DNA of 38,074 nt, from assembly GCA_002839245.1 (NCBI GenBank), contig PGXR01000001.1, positions 4,284 to 42,357 of the forward strand, in the 5' to 3' direction. This document shows, in pieces, positions 8,016 through 15,178 of the stretch (position 1 is its first letter; each line of letters opens with the position of its first letter). The notes under the pieces were generated by a model. That model was not told where the DNA came from. It was given only the letters and a program-made list of their open reading frames with translations, and did no database searches. The position numbers were made by a program, and so were the translations under genes. The DNA comes from Spirochaetae bacterium HGW-Spirochaetae-7. Lineage in GTDB: Bacteria; Spirochaetota; Spirochaetia; Treponematales; UBA12059.

Positions 8016-9099
8016 CCAGATCCGCGGTTGGTATCTCGTAGACCTCTACCTGGAGGCTACCCTTGTCGTAATCGTTGTTGTTCCTGACGAAGAGGGTCCT
8101 CGTGAAGACTACCTTCATCTCAATGCCGTTCCATCGTTCGTGGACGAAACGCAATCTTCCCGCGGGGAACTTGAAAAGCCTGTTCAGCCCGGCGTCCAGC
8201 ACGCTGACGATGCCGTTGTCTTCTGCAAGCAGCCGTCCGTCGGACAGGGCGCCGATGAGCGGACCGAAGCTTTCCGGGTAGCGGGTTGGCTGGGCTGCCG
8301 TAAAAGGTGTATCCCATCTAAAAATGGCGTTTGATCCGTCAGACAAGCCGCACGAAAGGTAGAGATTGTTGGTTGACCCTGTGGTGTCGAGCAATTTGCC
8401 CGGAGTCGCAATTTGAGTGACATCCGAAAAAAGCAGAGTTGGTCCAGGTCCTATCACGAAGACTGGATCTCCTCCGGGCCATGGGTGTTTTTGCTGGTAA
8501 TTGGGGACCATTGCCTGGTAGGTTATACATGTCAACGTCGCGTTCAGGGATCCATTCACAGCAACGGCCCCGATCCCGAAATACCACATTGCATCGGTAT
8601 CAGGGAGAACGGTTGCAGAACTGGTGTTCGGGGCCGTCATTGGAAGGATTCGCCCTTCCGATGTACCTAACGTGACGAAGGCGTCGGAACTGCCGTCTGG
8701 ATCGGCATAAATCAGATAGGCGTCACCCATCGTATTTTCAATTTCAAAACCTGTCATAGTGTCAATCCACCCGGTATGATTCAGCGAATCGATCGACAAA
8801 ACCGGCTTGAACCCTATGCGCTCGTCCATGTCCTGGACAAGCAACCCGTTGGCGGGCAAGTCCACCATCGGCGGCAGGAACCACGCGTCGTCCATGCCGT
8901 GCTGCTGGACATCCTCGACGGAAAAGTACAGCGTCGGATCGCCAAGCTTTCTCACGGTGACTTCTGATGCCGAAATCATCGGGTCGAAGGTCGGGTGCCA
9001 GCACGACGATGCGAGCATCGCTATCAGGATAGCGCCCGAGGCAGCGACGCCAAGCATTTTGCCTGTGGCGCCGGGACGCCGGTTCCGGTTTGGTTTCAT
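7999..9099 (-). CDS. Lipoprotein, unknown family (module 2 lipoprotein, 'L2')
   Basis: I prefer the start at ATG 9099 (MKPNRNRRPGATGKMLGVAASGAILIAMLASSC...). It has a basic n-region, a hydrophobic core and a Cys lipobox, and it overlaps the upstream stop as ATGA (9096-9099). The 9100-9549 extension in the track overlaps the upstream gene. The protein is Asn/Thr/Ser/Asp/aromatic-rich and its gene is visibly less GC-rich. Confidence 0.7.
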   Translation of the reverse strand: MKPNRNRRPGATGKMLGVAASGAILIAMLASSCWHPTFDPMISASEVTVRKLGDPTLYFSVEDVQQHGMDDAWFLPPMVDLPANGLLVQDMDERIGFKPVLSIDSLNHTGWIDTMTGFEIENTMGDAYLIYADPDGSSDAFVTLGTSEGRILPMTAPNTSSATVLPDTDAMWYFGIGAVAVNGSLNATLTCITYQAMVPNYQQKHPWPGGDPVFVIGPGPTLLFSDVTQIATPGKLLDTTGSTNNLYLSCGLSDGSNAIFRWDTPFTAAQPTRYPESFGPLIGALSDGRLLAEDNGIVSVLDAGLNRLFKFPAGRLRFVHERWNGIEMKVVFTRTLFVRNNNDYDKGSLQVEVYEIPTADLARLDD

Positions 9100-10322
9100 A
9101 GCGAGAACCTCGCGCCGAGGCGCATCACGGGAAGCTCGAGGAACCACGTGTCGGCGCGAAGCGTCCACATGGGTCCACTGTCGCTGCTGCCACGGCTCGC
9201 GGCCATGAGGAAGCCATCGCAGAATGGGTAAAAAGCCGGGCCGAACTCGAAAAACACCGCTGCCCGCCCGCTGATGGCCCATTCGCCTCCCAGTGCAGCC
9301 ATAGTCCCCATCGGGGCCACCGGGTCGAACCTCGGGCTCAGGTCCTTGATGAACAGGAGCCGAGCGAAGGCGCCAAGGTTCCAGTACGGTCTGACATACG
9401 CGTCCCTGGGCAGGAGGTAGCCCCCGAAGCCAAGGCCCGGCTGGACGAGGGGCAGGGACAGCAGCACTGATGGAGTTTCGGTGCCGTATTCCTCGTCGAC
9501 CAGGTAGATGCCGGCAAGGAACTGTGTCAGGCCAATACGCAAGAACCACCGGTCATCTCCCAGGGAGCGTATTGCCCAGAAATCGGGGAACTGTCCCATG
9601 TACAGCCCCGCTTCCAGCGACCATGGCCGGATCGGTCGCCTGGGAATTGCCAGCGAGACGCCCTGCTCGAGCGCTCCGAAATAGCCGCGCTCCGGGTAGG
9701 CGCCTTTCGAGGTAGCCCGCCATGGATAGGTGCCAGGTACGCGGAGTGGTATCTCAAGGAAACCCGAATCGGGTATGACCAGTCCCCCCTCGGCAAGTCC
9801 GCCCCGGTCCTTGCCAGTCTGGCCGGTGATGACCGTTCCCGGGTGGCCTTCGATTCGCACGAGGGTCTTCCTCACTTTTGGAAGCGCTGCCTCGGCGGCG
9901 TCGGCCACCGCTATCCACCAGAACTCCGCAAGGTCGCGCGCTGTTGGCTCCCGGCCTTCGACGACGCCCTCGGCAAGTACCTCGCCGGTCAGCGGGTCGA
10001 GGATCCGCCATGCCGAGCGGGCGTCACCGCCAGGCAGAACCTCGCTCGTCACGTCGACTGCGAGCGCGCATGACGCCTTAGAGGCCGCTTCGACGATGTC
10101 CGCCCCGGCGGGCGCGATCAGGATGGCGTCGAGCTTCGAGGACCTGGCCAGCGCCGCGGCGAAAGCGACCTGGTCGGCCGCCCGTCCCGTACCGCTTGCG
10201 CGCGCCATCACCCGGATGCCCTCGTCGTCGGCGAAGGCCGCTTGCAGCGCGATCGCCGTCAGCAGGACGATGATGAAAAAGGCTTTGGGCAACGCCTGGC
10301 CGCGGGTTTTTAGCCGCATCAT
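9096..10322 (-). CDS. Secreted protein with a PEGA-like domain and a putative C-terminal outer-membrane beta-barrel (module 2, 'A2')
   Basis: Signal peptide MMRLKTRGQALPKAFFIIVLLTAIALQAAFADD. The start is ambiguous among 10319, 10322 and 10331; 10322 gives the ATGA overlap. A PEGA-like stretch (RIEGHPGTVITG...GGLAEGGLVI...ATSKGAYPERGYF) is followed by a C-terminal Gly/aromatic-rich region of alternating hydrophobicity that ends ...RLGARFSL. Confidence 0.65.
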   Translation of the reverse strand: MMRLKTRGQALPKAFFIIVLLTAIALQAAFADDEGIRVMARASGTGRAADQVAFAAALARSSKLDAILIAPAGADIVEAASKASCALAVDVTSEVLPGGDARSAWRILDPLTGEVLAEGVVEGREPTARDLAEFWWIAVADAAEAALPKVRKTLVRIEGHPGTVITGQTGKDRGGLAEGGLVIPDSGFLEIPLRVPGTYPWRATSKGAYPERGYFGALEQGVSLAIPRRPIRPWSLEAGLYMGQFPDFWAIRSLGDDRWFLRIGLTQFLAGIYLVDEEYGTETPSVLLSLPLVQPGLGFGGYLLPRDAYVRPYWNLGAFARLLFIKDLSPRFDPVAPMGTMAALGGEWAISGRAAVFFEFGPAFYPFCDGFLMAASRGSSDSGPMWTLRADTWFLELPVMRLGARFSL

Positions 10323-11338
10323 TTCCACCATGTCCTGAGCTTGTACAGCCGGCCGTCGACGCGGTCGTATATGAACCACCAGGTGCCGCTCGGGTCGAAC
10401 GAAAGGATTCTGACATCTTCCTCGTCGAAGGCCAGTGAGTCGATCTCCTGGGCGGGAGCGCCTGTCGTGAAATCCCCGGTACCCCATTTGTATCTCACGA
10501 GCCGGTTGACGCCCTTGTCGCCTCGGGAGTAAGCCACGGGGCCGCCATCGGTCAGCCATGCCAGGTCGTCCGCGACCGGGAAAGGGCCGGTCTTGATCGC
10601 AGCTGCAGAATCGAATACGGTACCGCCTGCCCAAAACAAAGCGGCCGATGCAAAAGTCGCCGTATAGCCCTGTCCGTTGCTGTGACGTCGCGAAAGCACG
10701 CTGTACCCATTAGCGAAGTCGGAGTCGAGGAGCGTAAAATTTCCGACCAGGGAATCAAAATCCCGAGTGACTGAAACGGTTGCGGCGCCCCATGCCGAGG
10801 GGTACTCTGCAAAAATTCCCTGCAATGATGAATTTGGGTCAACTACATAGTTCAATCCCGTCACAGGGTTCCCCACCCTGAACACGCGGACTGATGTGGC
10901 GTTTGTCCATATGGGTGATGCTGATGTGTTGCCTGGATTCAGAGGATCCACGATTTGTGTTCCGCAGAGGAACCCGTTCGATACCGAAGCGAGGGCGCGG
11001 GTAAAGCCTGCGCCGGTCGGTGTGAACTTGTACTCCATCGACTCCGGGCTGAGGAGTATTAATCGATTTGTGCTGTTCCCCGTCGCGTACACCAGTACCT
11101 TGGAGTAGTCCGTCCCCCCCGTGACGTACGGCGCGAACTCCAGGTTCTCGATTGTGGCGTCGCTTCCAAGTCCCTGCGCCACGGTGATGGCGCGGAAGTC
11201 GACGCTGGCTTCGACGTAGGACAGCCAGCGCGGGAAGACATCGGAGGTCAGGAAATCGCAAGTAGAGAACGTGGCGATGATGAAAAGAGCGGAGCTGGCG
11301 ACTGCTGCTCGCGCGAGCGGGTTTGTCATCCTTTTCAT
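10319..11338 (-). CDS. Lipoprotein, unknown family (module 1 lipoprotein, 'L1'), paralogue of 7999-9099
   Basis: ATG 11338 (MKRMTNPLARAAVASSALFIIATFSTC...) gives a relaxed lipobox and an ATGA overlap with the upstream stop (11335-11338). The tail ...GVNRLVRYKWGTGDF...SGTWWFIYDRVDGRLYKLRTWWK resembles GLNRLFKFPAG... in L2. The gene is less GC-rich than its flanking genes. Confidence 0.7.
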   Translation of the reverse strand: MKRMTNPLARAAVASSALFIIATFSTCDFLTSDVFPRWLSYVEASVDFRAITVAQGLGSDATIENLEFAPYVTGGTDYSKVLVYATGNSTNRLILLSPESMEYKFTPTGAGFTRALASVSNGFLCGTQIVDPLNPGNTSASPIWTNATSVRVFRVGNPVTGLNYVVDPNSSLQGIFAEYPSAWGAATVSVTRDFDSLVGNFTLLDSDFANGYSVLSRRHSNGQGYTATFASAALFWAGGTVFDSAAAIKTGPFPVADDLAWLTDGGPVAYSRGDKGVNRLVRYKWGTGDFTTGAPAQEIDSLAFDEEDVRILSFDPSGTWWFIYDRVDGRLYKLRTWWK

Positions 11339-12603
11339 GGCCATTTGAACATCACCCCTGCGCTCAGGCCCAAGGGCCCGTTTTCCGACTTCCACCACCC
11401 GCGGCGGAGGAGCCCCGAATCGGAGCCGAACGAATATGAGACGCGCTGTTCCAGGAACACGGCCCAGGCGGGCGTATGCCACTCGAACGAAAGCCACAGT
11501 GCGTCGAGCGACAGATCGAAATACAGGTTGGGTGTCGCATCTGCCGGCAGGATCCATGTCGCTATGCCCGACAGGCCGGAGCCGGCAGAGAAGCGGAAGC
11601 GGGAATAATGGGGAGTAAAGAGGTAGGCGCCGACGCCGAGCCGCAGTTCATCGTGGATGACCGGGACCGAGCCGGCGGTAAAGGCGTATTGCAGCCACAA
11701 CAAGTCGCGCGCACGGAGAAAAATCGAATCGGGCGCCAGATAATAGCGGTAATCCGCCGAAACGCCGGCGAGCCTCGCCGTTTCAACGCCGAACGATAGC
11801 GCTTGCCTCGTCATCGGCATCAGCGCCGGCAGCTTTATCGGCTCGTCGGCGCCTGTCGGGCTGAACACGGCGGTCCGCGGCCAATACCCGTCCTTCGACA
11901 TCGAGACGACGACCGGGTCGCCCTCCCTGAATGCGACGAAGGGGGCGACGAGGCTGCCGCCCTCGATCAGCCCGGCTTGCCGCGCGTCGTCCCCGGTACC
12001 GAAAGCCACCTGAGCCCCTTCGTCTCGCGAGCTGAAGCGAAGCCGGTACTCGATGGGCTTGCCCGGCTTCTTCCGTTCGCGGAGGGCGAGCGCGGCCGCA
12101 ACCGTTTCGGCCGCGCTCGCGTCAATCAGCGGCAGGGCGGTAAGGCCGGCGAAGGCCGCCTGCGACGACGCGGCCACCATGGACCCGTCGAGGAAATCGA
12201 AGACGATCGCGCTCCATACCAGGCGTCGCTGCTCGATGGTGCAACGGGCTATCGCGACCCACCGCGTACCGCTCGCCTTGCGGATTCCCCTGGCTACCTT
12301 GATATCCGTTGACGAGTCTTCCGTGGCCCCGTCGAAAAGTTCTACCGACCGGAAGCCCGCCGACTCAAAGTTCCTGACCAGGGCGGAAGCCAGGGCCTGG
12401 GCGAAAGTCGCCGCCTCGCTGTTGGATGCAATCATCGCGACCGAGACCGAGTCGCGCAACGCCGTCTGGGGCTCAGCTTCCGCTTCGACCCCGGCATCCT
12501 GCGCGGAGGCAGGAAAAGCCACGATCGTCGCCAGCAGGGCTAGCGCTACGACCCGCGCGGCGGAGAGTATTGGCTGGGCACGGAAAATCCGTTTCAGCTT
12601 CAT
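11335..12603 (-). CDS. Secreted protein with a PEGA-like domain and a putative C-terminal outer-membrane beta-barrel (module 1, 'A1'), paralogue of 9096-10322
   Basis: Signal peptide MKLKRIFRAQPILSAARVVALALLATIVAFPASAQD. PEGA-like stretch SSRDEGAQVAFG...AGLIEGGSLV...VVVSMSKDGYWPRTAVF. The C-terminal roughly 190 aa has alternating hydrophobic/aromatic strands and ends ...SAGVMFKWP. The ATG overlaps the cyclase stop as ATGA (12600-12603). Confidence 0.65.
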   Translation of the reverse strand: MKLKRIFRAQPILSAARVVALALLATIVAFPASAQDAGVEAEAEPQTALRDSVSVAMIASNSEAATFAQALASALVRNFESAGFRSVELFDGATEDSSTDIKVARGIRKASGTRWVAIARCTIEQRRLVWSAIVFDFLDGSMVAASSQAAFAGLTALPLIDASAAETVAAALALRERKKPGKPIEYRLRFSSRDEGAQVAFGTGDDARQAGLIEGGSLVAPFVAFREGDPVVVSMSKDGYWPRTAVFSPTGADEPIKLPALMPMTRQALSFGVETARLAGVSADYRYYLAPDSIFLRARDLLWLQYAFTAGSVPVIHDELRLGVGAYLFTPHYSRFRFSAGSGLSGIATWILPADATPNLYFDLSLDALWLSFEWHTPAWAVFLEQRVSYSFGSDSGLLRRGWWKSENGPLGLSAGVMFKWP

Positions 12604-14276
12604 TTCTCGTGCATGACCTCGACGCCGTCCCAGTCGTCGGGCGGAGGGTCGATAGCGTAGCGGTCGCAGCGCGCGGACATCGACGTGGACGCGTAGTCGT
12701 CCCGGCCGAGCGTCGCCGTCACGGACCGGAACAGGTCGCGCGCCTCGTGGAAGCGCTTGGCTCCGTACTTCGCCATTGCCTCTTCGTGCATGGCCCAGGC
12801 GGCCGACTGCTCAGGGGGCAGCGTACGCCGTGCCGTATAGATGCGCACGCCCTTGGTCTTGCCCTTGACCGCGACCGTGTCCAGGAGGCGGCACGGGAAG
12901 CTGCCTTCGACGAGGTCGTGGATGGATTCCGAGAATATCAGGGGCTGGCGGTACAGTTTGGTCAGCCCTTCGAGCCTCGAGGCCAGGTTCACGGTGTCGC
13001 CGATGACGGTGTAGTCCATCTTCTTGTCGCAACCGATGTTGCCTACGGTCACCTTTCCGTAGTTTATGCCGATGCCGATCCTGAAGTCGGGCTTGCCGAG
13101 TTCTCGCTGCCTCTCGTTGAAGCGGTCCAGAGCCTCGGTCATCTCCATCGCCGCCAGCACCGAAGAGGCCGCGTCGTCGTCGTGCTTCACCGGAGCGCCG
13201 AAGAAGGCCATGATGGCGTCGCCTATGTACTTGTCGATTATGCCGTGGCGATTCATGATGATGTCGACCATCGATCCGAAGTAGCGGTTGAGCGAGTTGA
13301 CCAGGTCGTCGGGCTCCATCGACTCCGATATGGTGGTGAACGAGCGTATGTCGGAGAAGAGCACCGCCAGTTCGCGGTTCTCGCCGACCAGCATCGCCTC
13401 CGGGTTCTGGAAGAACTGGTCTATCAGTTCCTGCGGCACGAATTTCTGGAAGATGTGCCTGATCTTCTCTTCCTTCTTCTGCGCCAGGACTGTCTCGAAG
13501 GCGTATTTTTTTATCTGCTCGTATGCCTTCTGCAATTCGCCCAGCATGATGTTGAAGGTGTGCGACATCGTGCCTATCTCGTCGGGGAACTGCACCTCGA
13601 CCCGCTCCGACATGTCACCGGAGTCGATGATGCGGCGCATCGCCGTCACCATCGAAGACAGCGGACCGGTCATGTACCTGACGAAGAGCAGCACGAGGAT
13701 AGTCGCGATTATGATTGAGCCGATAAGGATGCCGAAGGTGCTCCTGGTAAGCGCTTCTACGTCGCCGAAGAAGGTGCCCCGCTCCTCGGTGACCAGGACA
13801 TACCAGCCGAACGGCCCGAAGGGGAAGCCGGACGCGACCCGCTCGACGCCGCCCAGGACGAGCGGCTGGAAACCCCTGGCGCCGGCCGCGAACAGCGCCG
13901 CGAGAGCGGCCGTCTCGTCGGGTCGTACCTCTATCGCGGAGGTCCGGGAGGTGATGGCTCCGTCCTTCCCGACGGCCAGTATCAGCTCGGTGTCGCTCCT
14001 GATGATCGACCTGGCGAACGACTCCACGCCGGCCTGCGCCGCGGCGACCATGTCGGGCCGGTCGGCCACCTCGTTCTCCACGAGGAGGTTCCACTGGCTC
14101 TCGGCGTACTTCTCCAGCTCGGAGACCTTGAAGTCGAGGAATTCGGTCGCTATCCGCGTTACGGCCCGCGTCGCGACTATCTGGCTTGTCATTCCGGCCA
14201 GGATTATGGCGACGACGAGTATCGGCAGGATGACCAAGACTATCTTCCAACGTATGCTCACATGTGAACTATACAC
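12600..14276 (-). CDS. Membrane sensor adenylate cyclase (TM, periplasmic domain, TM, HAMP, class III cyclase domain)
   Basis: Cyclase blocks ELAVLFSDIRSFTTISE, DKYIGDAIMAFFGAP and DYTVIGDTVNLASRLEG. The Lys (KYIGD) and Thr (YTVIG) at the base-specifying positions fit bacterial adenylate cyclases. Two TM segments flank about 150 periplasmic residues, and a HAMP-like linker precedes the catalytic domain. The track start is GTG 14276; GTG 14261 is an alternative (see the promoter feature). Confidence 0.85.
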   Translation of the reverse strand: MYSSHVSIRWKIVLVILPILVVAIILAGMTSQIVATRAVTRIATEFLDFKVSELEKYAESQWNLLVENEVADRPDMVAAAQAGVESFARSIIRSDTELILAVGKDGAITSRTSAIEVRPDETAALAALFAAGARGFQPLVLGGVERVASGFPFGPFGWYVLVTEERGTFFGDVEALTRSTFGILIGSIIIATILVLLFVRYMTGPLSSMVTAMRRIIDSGDMSERVEVQFPDEIGTMSHTFNIMLGELQKAYEQIKKYAFETVLAQKKEEKIRHIFQKFVPQELIDQFFQNPEAMLVGENRELAVLFSDIRSFTTISESMEPDDLVNSLNRYFGSMVDIIMNRHGIIDKYIGDAIMAFFGAPVKHDDDAASSVLAAMEMTEALDRFNERQRELGKPDFRIGIGINYGKVTVGNIGCDKKMDYTVIGDTVNLASRLEGLTKLYRQPLIFSESIHDLVEGSFPCRLLDTVAVKGKTKGVRIYTARRTLPPEQSAAWAMHEEAMAKYGAKRFHEARDLFRSVTATLGRDDYASTSMSARCDRYAIDPPPDDWDGVEVMHEK

Positions 14277-14295
14277 GATCGTCGGCCCAGATCAA
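14268..14295 (-). promoter_or_regulatory. Putative promoter of the cyclase/envelope operon
   Basis: On the minus strand: TTGATC (14295-14290), 16 nt, TATAGT (14273-14268), 6 nt (tcacat), GTG (14261). No SD precedes either candidate GTG. Confidence 0.45.
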
Positions 14296-14319
14296 GGGGC
14301 AGGAGCGATTTCGTCCTTC

Positions 14320-14348
14320 TTGACATGCCGCCAGGGCCGCTATACTTA
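14320..14348 (+). promoter_or_regulatory. Putative promoter of the LolA-like/ABC operon
   Basis: TTGACA (14320-14325) is followed by TATACT (14341-14346, 15-nt spacer) or TACTTA (14343-14348, 17-nt spacer). A purine-rich SD (GGAGAGAGAGG) lies just before ATG 14408. Confidence 0.5.
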
Positions 14349-14407
14349 AGATCCGCCTGTGCCCACCTTGAGCGCCTGGTCGATGGCGGGAAAAGGAGAG
14401 AGAGGAA

Positions 14408-15178
14408 ATGAGCATTCGCATAGTCGCAGCGTTCTGCGGATCGGCCGCTTTCGCGCTTCTCGCGGTACCGGCTGCGCATGCTGAAGGTCCGGACGCCCGC
14501 GAGATGATGCGCCTGGCCGATGAGGCGATGTATCCGCCCAGCTTCAGCATGACCGCGACCATCACCACCGAGCGCCCGGGCCGCGCCGACTCGACCATGA
14601 CGATCGAGATTTTCCACAAGGCGGATGTCGGCACGTTCATGGAAGTATCCGCTCCCGCCAGGATGAAGGGGACGAGGTTCCTCCAGACCGACGATGCGCT
14701 GTACATGTACAGCCCCAGGGCCGGCTCGCGCAGTTCGCTGCGCCTGTCCCCGAGGGAATCCTTCCAGGGGAGCGTATTCTCGAACAACGACGTCGGAGAT
14801 TCGACGTGGGCCAACGACTACGAGCCGGCTATCGAGGGCTCGAAAACGATCGATCACCCGGAATTCGGGCGTGTCGAGGTCTGGCTCGTTTCCGGAACCG
14901 CGCTCCGCCGTGACGTGCCGTACGGCTCGATACGCATCTACCTCTCGAAAGACAGGGTCCTGCCGCTCCGGATGGAGTATTTCGCGAAGAGCGGACTTCT
15001 CCTCAAGACTATGGAGCTGTCAGGCTACGCAAACTCGTCGGGACGGCTCCGGCCGACGCGCCTGGCGATGACGGACGAGAACGGCACGGGAGAGCGGAGC
15101 GTCGTCGTCATCGGCGACCTTCGCGTGCGCACCGACCTGCCCGACGCCATGTTCAACCAGGCCTGGCTGACGCGATGA
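14408..15178 (+). CDS. Outer-membrane lipoprotein-sorting (LolA-like) family protein, secreted
   Basis: Signal peptide MSIRIVAAFCGSAAFALLAVPAAHAEG. The body (...FSMTATITTERPGRADSTMTIEIFHK...MKGTRFLQTDDALYMYSPRAGS...FQGSVFSNNDVGD...) matches my memory of the LolA_like family that accompanies FtsX-type ABC systems. Confidence 0.75.
   Translation: MSIRIVAAFCGSAAFALLAVPAAHAEGPDAREMMRLADEAMYPPSFSMTATITTERPGRADSTMTIEIFHKADVGTFMEVSAPARMKGTRFLQTDDALYMYSPRAGSRSSLRLSPRESFQGSVFSNNDVGDSTWANDYEPAIEGSKTIDHPEFGRVEVWLVSGTALRRDVPYGSIRIYLSKDRVLPLRMEYFAKSGLLLKTMELSGYANSSGRLRPTRLAMTDENGTGERSVVVIGDLRVRTDLPDAMFNQAWLTR

Noticed and set aside
9100-9549. N-terminal extensions of track ORFs, at 9100-9549 and likewise at 368-655, 10323-10634, 11339-11557, 26426-26482 and 33659-33763.
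   Set aside because: Each extension overlaps the 3' end of the upstream gene in another frame and encodes Arg/Pro-rich junk. Internal ATGs give proper signal peptides or conserved N-termini and ATGA or SD contexts.
11114-11120. A C7 (coding-strand G7) homopolymer inside lipoprotein gene L1, considered as a possible slipped-strand phase-variation tract.
   Set aside because: Seven residues is short for phase variation. It simply encodes Gly-Gly in a GC-rich genome. Population data on length polymorphism would be needed.
12426-13718. A 430-aa plus-strand ORF antisense to the adenylate cyclase gene.
   Set aside because: Its Arg/His/Val/Gly-rich sequence has no motifs. The minus-strand frame carries unmistakable class III cyclase blocks. 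Long stop-free antisense frames are expected at this GC content.
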